Part shown: piece by piece, positions 37,042 through 50,400 of the stretch
How positions within the stretch are numbered: position 1 is the stretch's first letter
Layout: each line of letters opens with the position of its first letter
Source of the DNA: the human T2T-CHM13v2.0 reference genome, Homo sapiens
DNA length: 64,000 bases
NCBI RefSeq assembly: GCF_009914755.1
Contig: NC_060926.1
Direction: 5' to 3' (one strand)
Notes under the pieces: generated by a model
Seen by the model: the letters and a program-made list of their open reading frames with translations, nothing else
Told to the model about the DNA's origin: nothing
Database searches by the model: none
Position numbers and translations under genes: made by a program

Positions 37042-40000
37042 TTGTCTTCATATAGAATCTAGACAGAATCATTCTCAGAAGCTTCATTGGGATGTTTCAA
37101 TTGAAGTCACAGTGTTGAACAGTCCCTTTCATAGAGCAGATTTGAAACACTCTTTTTGTAGTATCTGGAAGTGGACATTTGGAGCGTTCTCAGCACTACA
37201 GTGAAAAAGGAAATATCTTCCAATAAAAGCTAGATAGAAGCAATGTCAGAAAATTTTTCATGATGTATCTACTCAGCTAAAAGGGTTGAACCTTTCTTTT
37301 GAGAGAGCAGTTTTGAAACACTCTTTTTGTGGAATCTGCAAGTGGATATTTGTCTAGCTTTTAGGATTGCGTTGGAAACGGGATTACATATAAAAAGCAG
37401 ACAGCAGCATTCCCAGAAACTTCTTTGTGATATTTGCATTCAAGTCACAGACTTGAACATTCCCTTCCATAGAGCGGGTTTGAAACACTCTTTTTGTAGT
37501 ATCTGGATGTGGACATTTGGAGCGCTTTCAGGCCTATGGTGAAAAAGGAAATATCTTCCCCTGAAAACTAGACAGAAGCATTCTCAGAAACTTATTTGTG
37601 ATGTGCGCCCTCAACTAACAGTGTTGAACCTTTCTTTTGATAGAGCAGATTTGAAACACTCTTTTTGTAATATCTGCAAGAGGATATTTGGATAGCTTTG
37701 AGGATTTCTTTGGAAACGGGATTGTCTTCATATAAACTCTAGACAGAAGCATTCTCAGAAGCTTCATTGGGATGTTTCAATTGAAGTCACAGTGTTGAAC
37801 AGTCCCTTTCATAGAGCAGGTTTGAAACACTCTTTTTGTAGTATCTGGAAGTGGACATTTGTAGAGATCTCAGGAATACGGTGATAAAGGAAATATCTTC
37901 CAATAAAAGCTAGATAGAAGCAATGTCAGAAACTTTTTCATGATGTATCTACTCAGCTAACAAAGTTGAACCTTCATTTGAGAGAGCAGTTTTGAAACAC
38001 TCGTTTTGTGGAATCTGCAAGTGGATATTTGTCTAGCTTTGAGGATTTCGTTGGAAACGGGATTACATATAAAAAGCAGACAGCAGCATTCCCAGAAACT
38101 TCTTTGTGATGTTTGCATTCAAGTCACAGAGTTGAACATTCCCTTTCATAGAGCAGGTTTGAAACACTCTTTTTGTAGTATCTGGATGTGGACATTTGGA
38201 GCGCTTTCAGGCCTATGGTGAAAAAGGAAATATCTTCCCCTGAAAACTAGACAGAAGCATTCTCAGAAACTTATTTGTGATGTGCACCCTCAACTAACAG
38301 TGTTGAAGCTTTCTTTTGACAGAGCAGTTTGAAACACTCTTTTTGTAAAATCTGCAAGAGGATATTTGGATTGCTTTGAGGATTTCGGTGGAAGTGGGAT
38401 TGTCTTCATATAAACTCTAGACAGTAGCATTCTCAGAAGCTTCATTGGGATGTTTCAATTGAAGTCACAGTGTTGAACAGTCCCTTTCATAGAGCAGGTT
38501 TGAAACACTCTTTTTGTAGTATCTGGAAGTGGACATTTGGAGCGCACTCAGGACTACGGTGAAAAAGGAAATATCTTCCAATAAAAGCTAGATAGAAGCA
38601 ATGTCAGAAACTTTTTCATGATGTATCTACTCAGCTAACAGAGTTGAACCTTTCTTTTGAGAGCTCAGTTTTGAAACACTCTTTTTGTGGAATCTGCAAG
38701 TGGATATTTGTCTAGCTTTGAGGATTTCGTTGGAAACGGGATTACATATAAAAAGCAGACAGCAGCATTCCCAGAAACTTCTTTGTGATGTTTGCATTCA
38801 AGTCACAGAGTTGAACATTCCCTTTCATAGAGCAGGTTTGAAACACTCTTTTTGTAGTATCTGGATGTGGACATTTGGAGCGCTCTCAGGCCTATGGTTG
38901 AAAAGGAAATATCTTCCCCTGAAAACTAGACAGAAGCATTCTCAGAAACTTATTTGTGATGTGCGCCCTCAACTAACAGTGTTGAACTTTTCTTTTGATA
39001 GAGCAGTTTTGAAACACTCTTTTTGTAAAATCTGCAAGAGGATATTTGGATAGCTTTGAGGATTTCGTTGGAAACGGGATTGTCTTCATATAAAATCTAG
39101 ACAGAAGCATTCTCAGAAGCTTCATTGGGATGTTTCAATTGAAGTCACAGTGTTGAACAGTCCCTTTCATAGAGCATGTTTGAAACAATCTTTTTGTAGT
39201 ATCTGGAAGTGGACATTTGGAGCGCTCTCAGGACTACGGTGAAAAAGGAAATATCTTCCAAATAAAGCTAGATAGAAGCAATGTCAGAAAATTTCTCATG
39301 ATGTATCTGTTCAGCTAACAGAGTTGAACCTTTCTTTTGACAGAGCAGTTTTGAAACACTCTTTTTGTGGAATCTGCAAGTGGATATTTTTCTAGCTTTG
39401 AGGATTTCGTTGGAAACGGGATTACATGTAAAAAGCAGACAGCAGCATTCCCAGAAACTTCTTTGTGATATTTGCATTCAAGTCACAGACTTGAACATTC
39501 CCTTTCATAGAGCAGGTTTGAAACACTCTTTTTGTAGTATCTGGATGTGGACATTTGGAGCGCTTTCAGGCCTACGGTGAAAAAGGAAATATCTTCCCCT
39601 GAAAACTAGACAGAAGCATTCTCAGAAACTTATTTGTGATGTGCGCCCTCAACTAACAGTGTTGAAGCTTTCTTTTGATAGAGCAGTTTTGAAACACTCT
39701 TTTTGTAAAATCTGCAAGAGGATATTTGGATAGCTTTGAGGATTTCGTTGGAAACGGGATTGTCTTCATATACAATCTAGACAGAAGCATTCTCAGAAGC
39801 TTCATTGGGATGTTTCAATTGAAGTCACAGTGTTGAACAGTCCCTTTCGTAGAGCAGGTTTGAAACACTCTTTTTGTAATATCTGGAAGTGGACATTTGG
39901 AGCGTTCTCAGGACTATGGTGAAAAAGGAAATATCTTCCAATAAAAGCTAGATAGAAGCAATGTCAGAAACTTTTTCATGATGTATCTACTCAGCTAAAA

Positions 40001-42763
40001 GAGTTGAACCTTTCTTTTGAGAGAGCAGTTTTGAAACACTATTTTTGTGGAATCTGCAAGTGGATATTTGTCTAGCTTTGAGGATTTCGTTGGAAACGGG
40101 ATTACATATAAAAAGCAGACAGCAGCATTCCCAGAAAGCTCTTTGTGAAATTTGCATTCAAGTCACAGACTTGAACATTCCCTTTCATAGAGCAGGTTTG
40201 AAACACTCTTTTTGTAGTATCTGGATGTGGACATTTGGAGCGCTTTCAGGCCTATGGTGAAAAAGGAAATATCTTCCCCTGTAAACTAGACAGAAGCATT
40301 CTCAGAAACTTATTTGTGATGTGCGCCCTCAACTAAAAGTGTTGAACCTTTCTTTTGATAGAGCAGTTTTGAAACACTCTTTTGTAAAATCTGCAAGAGG
40401 ATATTTGGATAGCTTTGAGGATTTCGTTGGAAACGGGATTGTCTTCATATAGAATCTAGACAGAAGCATTCTCAGAAGCTTCATTGGGATGTTTCAATTG
40501 AAGTCACAGTGTTGAACAGTCCCTTTCATAGAGCAGGTTTGAAACACTCTTTTTGTAGTATCTGGAAGTGGACATTTGGAGCGTTCTCAGGACTAGAGTG
40601 AAAAAGGAAATATCTTCCAATAAAAGCTAGATAGAAGCAATGTCAGAAAATTTTTCATGATGTATCTACTCAGCTAACAGAGTTGAAACTTTCTTTTGAG
40701 AGAGCAGTTTTGAAACACTCTTTTTGTGGAATCTGCAAGTGGATATTTGTCTAGCTTTGAGGATTGCGTTGGAAACGGGATTACATATAAAAAGCAGACA
40801 GCAGCATTCCCAGAAACTTCTGTGTGATATTTGCATTCAAGTCACAGGCTTGAACATTCCCTTTCATAGAGCAGGTTTGAAACACTCTTTTTGTAGTATC
40901 TGGATGTGGACATTTGGAGCGCTTTCAGGCCTATGGTGAAAAAGGAAATATCTTCCCCTGAAAACTAGACAGAAGCATTCTCAGAAACTTATTTGTGATG
41001 TGCGCCCTCAACTAACAGTGTTGAACATTTCTTTTGATAGAGCAGTTTTGAAACACTCTTTTTGTAAAATCTGCAAGAGGATATTTGGATAGCTTTGAGG
41101 ATTTCGTTGGAAACGGGATTGTCTTCATATAAAATCTAGACAGAAGCATTCTCAGAAGCTTCATTGGGATGTTTCAATTGAAGTCACAGTGTTGAACAGT
41201 CCCTTTCATAGAGCAGGTTTGAAACACCCTTTTTGTAGTATCTGGAAGTGGACATTTGGAGCGTTCTCAGGACTACGGTGAAAAAGGAAATATCTTCCAA
41301 TAAAAGCTAGATAGAAGCAATGTCAGAAAATTTTTCATGATGTATCTACTCAGCTAACAGAGTTGAACCTTTCTTTTGACAGAGCCGTTTTGAAACACTC
41401 TTTTTGTGGAATCTGCAAGTGGATATTTGTCTAGCTTTGAGGATTTCGTTGGAAACGGGATTACATATAAAAAGCAGACAGCAGCATTCCCAGAAACTTC
41501 TTTGTGATGTTTGCATTCAAGTCACAGAGTTGAACATTCCGTTTCATAGAGCAGGTTTGAAACACTCTTTTTGTAGTATCTGGATTTGGACATTTGGAGC
41601 GCTTTCAGGCCTATGGTGAAAAAGGAAATATCTTCCACTGAAAACTAGACAGAAGTATTCTCAGAAACATATTTGTGATGTGTGCCCTCAACTAACAGTG
41701 TTGAAGCTTTCTTTTGATAGAGCAGTTTTGAAACATTCTTTTTGTAAAATCTGCAAGAGGATATTTGGATAGCTTTGAGGATTTCGTTGGAAACGGGATT
41801 GTCTTCATATTAACCCTAGACAGTAGCATTCTCAGAAGCTTCATTGGGATGTTTCAATTGAAGCCACAGTGTTGAACAGTCCCTTTCATAGAGCAGGTTT
41901 GAAACACTCTTTTTGTAGCATCTGGAAGTGGACATTTGGAGCGTTCTCAGGACTACGGTGCAAAAGGAAATATCTTCCAATAAAAGCTAGATAGAAGCAA
42001 TATCAGAAACTTTTTCATGATGCATCTACTCAGCTAAAAGAGTTGAACCTTTCTTTTGGGAGAGCAGTTTTGAAACACTATTTTTGTGGAATCTGCAAGT
42101 GGATATTTGTCTAGTTTTGAGGATCGCATTGGAAACGGGATTACATATAAAAAGCAGACAGCAGCATTCCCAGAAATTTCTTTGTGAAATTTGCATTCAA
42201 GTCACAGACTTGAACATTCCCTTTCATAGAGCAGGTTGGAAACACTCTTTTTGTAGTATCTGGATGTGGACATTTGGAGCGCTTTCAGGCCTATGGTGAA
42301 AAAGGAAATATCTTCCCCTGAAAACTAGACAGAAGCATTCTCAGAAACTTATTTGTGATGTGCGCCCTCAACTAACGGTGTTGAACCTTTCTTTTGAAAG
42401 AGCAGTTTTGAAACACTCTTTTTGTAAAATCTGCAATAGGATATTTGGATAGCTTTGAGGATTTCGTTGGAAACGGGATTGTCTTCATATAGAATCTAGA
42501 CAGAAGCATTCTCAGAAGCTTCATTGGGATGTTTCAATTGAAGTCACAGTGTTGAACAGTCCCTTTCATAGAGCAGGTTTGAAACACTCTTTTTGTAGTA
42601 TCTGGAGGTGGACATTTGGAGCGTTCTCAGGACTACAGTGGAAAAGGAAATATCTTCCAGTAAAAGCTAGATAGAAGCAATGTCAGAAAATTTTTCATGA
42701 TGTATCTACTCAGCTAACAGAGTTGAACCTTTCTTTTGAGAGAGCAGTTTTGAAACACTCTTT

Positions 42764-43101
42764 TTGTGGAATCTGCAAGTGGATATTTGTCTAGGTTTGA
42801 GGATTGCGTTTGAAACGGGATTACATATAAAAAGCAGACAGCAGCATTCCCAGAAACTTCTTTGTGATGTTTGCATTCAAGTCACAGAGTTGAACATTCC
42901 CTTTCATGGAGCAGGTTTGAAACACTCTTTTTGTAGTATCTGGAAGTGGACATTTGGAGCGCTCTCAGGACTACGGTGAAAAAGGAAATATTTTCCAATA
43001 AAAGCTAGATAGAAGCAAAGTCAGAAACTTTTTAATGATCTATCTACTCAGCTAACAGAGTTGAACCTTTCTTTTGAGAGAGCAGTTTTGAAACACTCTT
43101 T
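42764..43101 (+). repeat. 2-mer HOR variant (338 bp)
   Basis: Phase 42764, 43102, 43782; the switch to TGGAAGTGG...CTCAGGACTACGG occurs at 42945. Confidence 0.92.
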
Positions 43102-43469
43102 TGGTGGAATCTGCAAGTGGATATTTGTCTAGCTTTGAGGATTGCGTTGGAAACGGGATTACATATAAAAAGCAGACAGCAGCATTCCCAGAAACTTCTT
43201 TGTGATGTTTGCATTCAAGTCACAGAGTTGAACATTCCCTTTCATAGAGCAGGTTGGAAACACTCTTTTTGTAGTATCTGGATGTGGACATTTGGAGCGC
43301 TTTCAGGCCTATGGTGAAAAAGGAAATATCTTCCCCTGAAAACTAGACAGAAGCATTCTCAGAATCTTATTTGTGATGTGCGGACTCAACTAACAGTGTT
43401 GAAGCTTTCTTTTGATAGAGCAGTTTTGAAACACTCTTTTTGTAAAATCTGCAAGAGGATATTTGGATA

Positions 43470-46400
43470 GCTTGGAGGATTTCGTTGGAAACGGGATTGT
43501 CTTCATATTAACCCTAGACAGTTGCATTCTCAGAAGCTTCATTGGGATGTTTCAATTGAAGTCACAGTGTTGAACAGTCCCTTTCATAGAGCAGGTTTGA
43601 AACACTCTTTTTGTAGCATCTGGAAGTGGACATTTGGAGCGTTCTCAGGACTACGGTGAAAAAGGAAATATCTTCCAATAAAAGCTAGATAGAAGCAATG
43701 TCAGAAACTTTTTCATGATGTATCTACTCAGCTAAAAGAGTTGAACCTTTCTTTTGAGAGAGCAGTTTTGAAACACTATTTTTGTGGAATCTGCAAGTGG
43801 ATATTTGTCTAGCTTTGAGGATTTCGTTGGAAACGGGATTACATATAAAAAGCAGACAGCAGCATTCCCAGAAAGTTCTTTGTGAAATTTGCATTCAAGT
43901 CACAGACTTGAACATTCCCTTTCACAGAGCAGGTTTGAAACACTCTTTTTGTAGTATCTGGATGCGGACATTTGGAGCGCTTTCAGGCCTATGGTGAAAA
44001 AGGAAATATCTTCCCCTGAAAACAAGACAGAAGCATTCTGAGAATCTTATTTGTGATGTGCGCCCTCAACTAACAGTGTTGAAGCTTTCTTTTGATAGAG
44101 CAGTTTTGAAACACTCTTTTTGTAAAATCTGCAAGAGGATATTTGGATAGCTTTGAGGATTTCGTTGGAAACGGGATTGTCTTCATATTAACCCTAGACA
44201 GTAGCATTCTCAGAAGCTTCATTGGGATGTTTCAATTGAAGTCACAGTGTTGAACAGTCCCTTTCATAGAGCAGGTTTGAAACACTCTTTTTGTAGCATC
44301 TGGAAGTGGACATTTGGAGCGTTCTCAGGACTACGGTGAAAAAGGAAATATCTTCCAATAAAAGCTAGATAGAAGCAATATCATAAACTTTTTCATGATG
44401 TATCTACTCAGCTAAAAGAGTTGAACCTTTCTTTTGAGAGAGCAGTTTTCAAACACTCTTTTTGTGGAATCTGCAAGTGGATATTTGTCTGGCTTTGAAG
44501 ATTTCGTTGGAAACGGGATTACATATAAAAAGCAGACAGCAGCATTCCCAGAAAGTTCTTTGTGAAATTTGCATTCAAGTCACAGACTTGAACATTCCCT
44601 TTCATAGAGGAGGTTTGAAACACTCTTTTTGTAGTATCTGGATGTGGACATTTGGAGCGCTTTCAGGCCTATGGTGAAAAAGGAAATATCTTCCCCTGAA
44701 AACTAGACAGAAGCATTCTCAGAATCTTATTTGTGATGTGCGCCCTCAACTAACAGTGTTGAACCTTTCTTTTGATAGAGCAGTTTTGAAACACTCTTTT
44801 TGTAAAATCTGCAAGAGGATATTTGGATAGCTTTGAGGATTTCGTTGGAAACGGGATTGTCTTCATATAGAATCTAGACAGAAGCATTCTCAGAAGCTTC
44901 ATTGGGATGTTTCAATTGAAGTCACAGTGTTGAACAGTCCCTTTCATAGAGCAGGTTTGAAACACTCTTTTTGTAGTATCTGGAAGTGGACATTTGGAGC
45001 GTTCTCAGGACTACAGTGAAAAAGGAAATATCTACCAATAAAAGCTAGATAGAAGCAATGTCAGAAAATTTTTCATGATGTATCTACTCAGCTAACAGAG
45101 TTGAACCTTTCTTTTGACAGAGCAGTTTTGAAACACTCTTTTTGTGGCATCTGCAAGTGGATATTTGTCTAGCTTTGAGGATTTCGTTGGAAACGGGATT
45201 ACATATAAAAAGCAGACAGCAGCATTCCCAGTAACTTCTTTGTGATATTTGCATTCAAGTCACAGACTTGAACATTCCCTTTCATAGAGCAGGTTTGAAA
45301 CACTCTTTTTGTAGTATCTGGATGTGGACATTTGCAGCGCTTTCAGGCCTATGGTGAAAAAGGAAATATCTTCCCCTGAAAACTAGACAGAAGCATTCTC
45401 AGAAACTTATTTGTGATGTGCGCCCTCAACTAACAGTGTTGAAGCTTTCTTTTGATAGAGCAGTTTTGAAACACTCTTTTTGTAAAATCTGCAAGAGGAT
45501 ATTTGGATAGCTTGGAGGATTTCGTTGGAAACGGGATTGTCTTCATATTAACCCTAGACAGTTGCATTCTCAGAAGCTTCATTGGGATGTTTCAATTGAA
45601 GTCACAGTGTTGAACAGTCCCTTTCATAGAGCAGGTTTGAAACACTCTTTTTGTAGCATCTGGAAGTGGACATTTGGAGCGTTCTCAGGACTACGGTGAA
45701 AAAGGAAATATCTTCCAATAAAAGCTAGATAGAAGCAATGTCAGAAACTTTTTCATGATGTATCTACTCAGCTAAAAGAGTTGAACCTTTCTTTTGAGAG
45801 AGCAGTTTTGAAACACTATTTTTGTGGAATCTGCAAGTGGATATTTGTCTAGCTTTGAGGATTTCGTTGGAAACGGGATTACATATAAAAAGCAGACAGC
45901 AGCATTCACAGAAACTTCTTTGTGATGTTTGCATTCAAGTCACAGAGTTGAACATTCCCTTTCATAGAGCAGGTTTGAAACACTCTTTTTGTAGTATCTG
46001 GATGTGGACATTTGGAGCGCTTTCAGGCCTATGGTGAAAAAGGAAATATCTTCCCCTCAAAACTAGACAGAAGCATTCTCAGAAACTTATTTGTGATGCG
46101 CGCCCTCAACTAACAGTGTTGAAGCTTTCTTTTGATAGAGCAGTTTTTAAACACTCTTTTTGTAAAATCTGCAAGAGGATATTTGGATAGCTTTGAGGAT
46201 TTCGTTGGAAACGGGATTGTCTTCATATTAACCCTAGACAGTAGCATTCTCAGAAGCTTCATTGGGATGTTTCAATTGAAGTCACAGTGTTGAACAGTCC
46301 CTTTCATAGAGCAGGTTTGAAACACTCTTTTTGTAGCATCTGGAAGTGGACATTTGGAGCGTTCTCAGGACTACGGTGAAAAAGGAAATATCTTCCAATA

Positions 46401-49400
46401 AAAGCTAGATAGAAGCAATATCATAAACTTTTTCATGATGTATCTACTCAGCTAAAAGAGTTGAACCTTTCTTTTGAGAGAGCAGTTTTCAAACACTCTT
46501 TTTGTGGAATCTGCAAGTGGATATTTGTCTGGCTTTGAAGATTTCGTTGGAAACGGGATTACATATAAAAAGCAGACAGCAGCATTCCCAGAAAGTTCTT
46601 TGTGAAATTTGCATTCAAGTCACAGACTTGAACATTCCCTTTCATAGAGGAGGTTTGAAACACTCTTTTTGTAGTATCTGGATGTGGACATTTGGAGCGC
46701 TTTCAGGCCTATGGTGAAAAAGGAAATATCTTCCCCTGAAAACTAGACAGAAGCATTCTCAGAATCTTATTTGTGATGTGCGCCCTCAACTAACAGTGTT
46801 GAACCTTTCTTTTGATAGAGCAGTTTTGAAACACTCTTTTTGTAAAATCTGCAAGAGGATATTTGGATAGCTTTGAGGATTTCTTTGGAAACGGGATTGT
46901 CTTCATATAGAATCTAGACAGAAGCATTCTCAGAAGCTTCATTGGGATGTTTCAATTGAAGTCACAGTGTTGAACAGTCCCTTTCATAGAGCAGGTTTGA
47001 AACACTCTTTTTGTAGTATCTGGAAGTGGACATTTGGAGCGTTCTCAGGACTACAGTGAAAAAGGAAATATCTACCAATAAAAGCTAGATAGAAGCAATG
47101 TCAGAAAATTTTTCATGATGTATCTACTCAGCTAACAGAGTTGAACCTTTCTTTTGACAGAGCAGTTTTGAAACACTCTTTTTGTGGCATCTGCAAGTGG
47201 ATATTTGTCTAGCTTTGAGGATTTCGTTGGAAACGGGATTACATATAAAAAGCAGACAGCAGCATTCCCAGTAACTTCTTTGTGATGTTTGCATTCAAGT
47301 CACAGACTTGAACATTCCCTTTCATAGAGCAGGTTTGAAACACTCTTTTTGTAGTATCTGGATGTGGACATTTGCAGCGCTTTCAGGCCTATGGTGAAAA
47401 AGGAAATATCTTCCCCTGAAAACTAGACAGAAGCATTCTCAGAAACTTATTTGTGATGTGCGCCCTCAACTAACAGTGTTGAAGCTTTCTTTTGATAGAG
47501 CAGTTTTGAAACACTCTTTTTGTAAAATCTGCAAGAGGATATTTGGATAGCTTGGAGGATTTCGTTGGAAACGGGATTGTCTTCATATTAACCCTAGACA
47601 GTTGCATTCTTAGAAGCTTCATTGGGATGTTTCAATTGAAGTCACAGTGTTGAACAGTCCCTTTCATAGAGCAGGTTTGAAACACTCTTTTTGTAGCATC
47701 TGGAAGTGGACATTTGGAGCGTTCTCAGGACTACGGTGAAAAAGGAAATATCTTCCAATAAAAGCTAGATAGAAGCAATGTCAGAAACTTTTTCATGATG
47801 TATCTACTCAGCTAAAAGAGTTGAACCTTTCTTTTGAGAGAGCAGTTTTGAAACACTATTTTTGTGGAATCTGCAAGTGGATATTTGTCTAGCTTTGAGG
47901 ATTTCGTTGGAAACGGGATTACATATAAAAAGCAGACAGCAGCATTCCCAGAAAGTTCTTTGTGAAATTTGCATTCAAGTCACAGACTTGAACATTCCCT
48001 TTCATAGAGCAGGTTTGAAACACTCTTTTTGTAGTATCTGGATGCGGACATTTGGAGCGCTTTCAGGCCTATGGTGAAAAAGGAAATATCTTCCCTGAAA
48101 ACAAGACAGAAGCATTCTCAGAATCTTATTTGTGATGTGCGCCCTCAACTAACAGTGTTGAAGCTTTCTTTTGATAGAGCAGTTTTGAAACACTCTTTTT
48201 GTAAAATCTGCAAGAGGATATTTGGATAGCTTTGAGGATTTCGTTGGAAACGGGATTGTCTTCATATAGAATCTAGACAGAAGCATTCTCAGAAGCTTCA
48301 TTGGGATGTTTCAATTGAAGTCACAGTGTTGAACAGTCCCTTTCATAGAGCAGGTTTGAAACACTCTTTTTGTAGCATCTGGAAGTGGACATTTGGAGCG
48401 TTCTCAGGACTACGGTGAAAAAGGAAATATCTTCCAATAAAAGCTAGATAGAAGCAATATCATAAACTTTTTCATGATGTATCTACTCAGCTAAAAGAGT
48501 TGAACCTTTCTTTTGAGAGAGCAGTTTTCAAACACTCTTTTTGTGGAATCTGCAAGTGGATATTTGTCTGGCTTTGAAGATTTCGTTGGAAACGGGATTA
48601 CATATAAAAAGCAGACAGCAGCATTCCCAGAAAGTTCTTTGTGAAATTTGCATTCAAGTCACAGACTTGAACATTCCCTTTCATAGAGGAGGTTTGAAAC
48701 ACTCTTTTTGTAGTATCTGGATGTGGACATTTGGAGCGCTTTCAGGCCTATGGTGAAAAAGGAAATATCTTCCCCTGAAAACTAGACAGAAGCATTCTCA
48801 GAATCTTATTTGTGATGTGCGCCCTCAACTAACAGTGTTGAACCTTTCTTTTGATAGAGCAGTTTTGAAACACTCTTTTTGTAAAATCTGCAAGAGGATA
48901 TTTGGATAGCTTTGAGGATTTCTTTGGAAACGGGATTGTCTTCATATAGAATCTAGACAGAAGCATTCTCAGAAGCTTCATTGGGATGTTTCAATTGAAG
49001 TCACAGTGTTGAACAGTCCCTTTCATAGAGCAGGTTTGAAACACTCTTTTTGTAGTATCTGGAAGTGGACATTTGGAGCGTTCTCAGGACTACAGTGAAA
49101 AAGGAAATATCTACCAATAAAAGCTAGATAGAAGCAATGTCAGAAAATTTTTCATGATGTATCTACTCAGCTAACAGAGTTGAACCTTTCTTTTGACAGA
49201 GCAGTTTTGAAACACTCTTTTTGTGGCATCTGCAAGTGGATATTTGTCTAGCTTTGAGGATTTCGTTGGAAACGGGATTACATATAAAAAGCAGACAGCA
49301 GCATTCCCAGTAACTTCTTTGTGATGTTTGCATTCAAGTCACAGACTTGAACATTCCCTTTCATAGAGCAGGTTTGAAACACTCTTTTTGTAGTATCTGG

Positions 49401-50400
49401 ATGTGGACATTTGCAGCGCTTTCAGGCCTATGGTGAAAAAGGAAATATCTTCCCCTGAAAACTAGACAGAAGCATTCTCAGAAACTTATTTGTGATGTGC
49501 GCCCTCAACTAACAGTGTTGAAGCTTTCTTTTGATAGAGCAGTTTTGAAACACTCTTTTTGTAAAATCTGCAAGAGGATATTTGGATAGCTTGGAGGATT
49601 TCGTTGGAAACGGGATTGTCTTCATATTAACCCTAGACAGTTGCATTCTTAGAAGCTTCATTGGGATGTTTCAATTGAAGTCACAGTGTTGAACAGTCCC
49701 TTTCATAGAGCAGGTTTGAAACACTCTTTTTGTAGCATCTGGAAGTGGACATTTGGAGCGTTCTCAGGACTACGGTGAAAAAGGAAATATCTTCCAATAA
49801 AAGCTAGATAGAAGCAATGTCAGAAACTTTTTCATGATGTATCTACTCAGCTAAAAGAGTTGAACCTTTCTTTTGAGAGAGCAGTTTTGAAACACTATTT
49901 TTGTGGAATCTGCAAGTGGATATTTGTCTAGCTTTGAGGATTTCGTTGGAAACGGGATTACATATAAAAAGCAGACAGCAGCATTCCCAGAAAGTTCTTT
50001 GTGAAATTTGCATTCAAGTCACAGACTTGAACATTCCCTTTCATAGAGCAGGTTTGAAACACTCTTTTTGTAGTATCTGGATGCGGACATTTGGAGCGCT
50101 TTCAGGCCTATGGTGAAAAAGGAAATATCTTCCCTGAAAACAAGACAGAAGCATTCTCAGAATCTTATTTGTGATGTGCGCCCTCAACTAACAGTGTTGA
50201 AGCTTTCTTTTGATAGAGCAGTTTTGAAACACTCTTTTTGTAAAATCTGCAAGAGGATATTTGGATAGCTTTGAGGATTTCGTTGGAAACGGGATTGTCT
50301 TCATATAGAATCTAGACAGAAGCATTCTCAGAAGCTTCATTGGGATGTTTCAATTGAAGTCACAGTGTTGAACAGTCCCTTTCATAGAGCAGGTTTGAAA
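43470..50400 (+). repeat. Tandem ~2,040-bp super-repeat of three HORs (12 monomers), about 3.4 copies
   Basis: Markers CTTGGAGGAT (43471, 45511, 47551, 49590), TCATAAACTT (44381, 46421, 48460), TCTACCAATA (45031, 47071, 49110) and GTGGCATC (45144, 47184, 49223). Confidence 0.9.

Larger units (their letters stand above)
33960..43470 (+). repeat. ~9.5-kb duplicated block, copy 1
   Basis: Private SNVs, indels and all structural variants recur at +18,179 bp (35119/53298, 37327/55506, 38685/56864, 42764/60943, 43117/61296). Boundaries are approximate. Confidence 0.9.
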
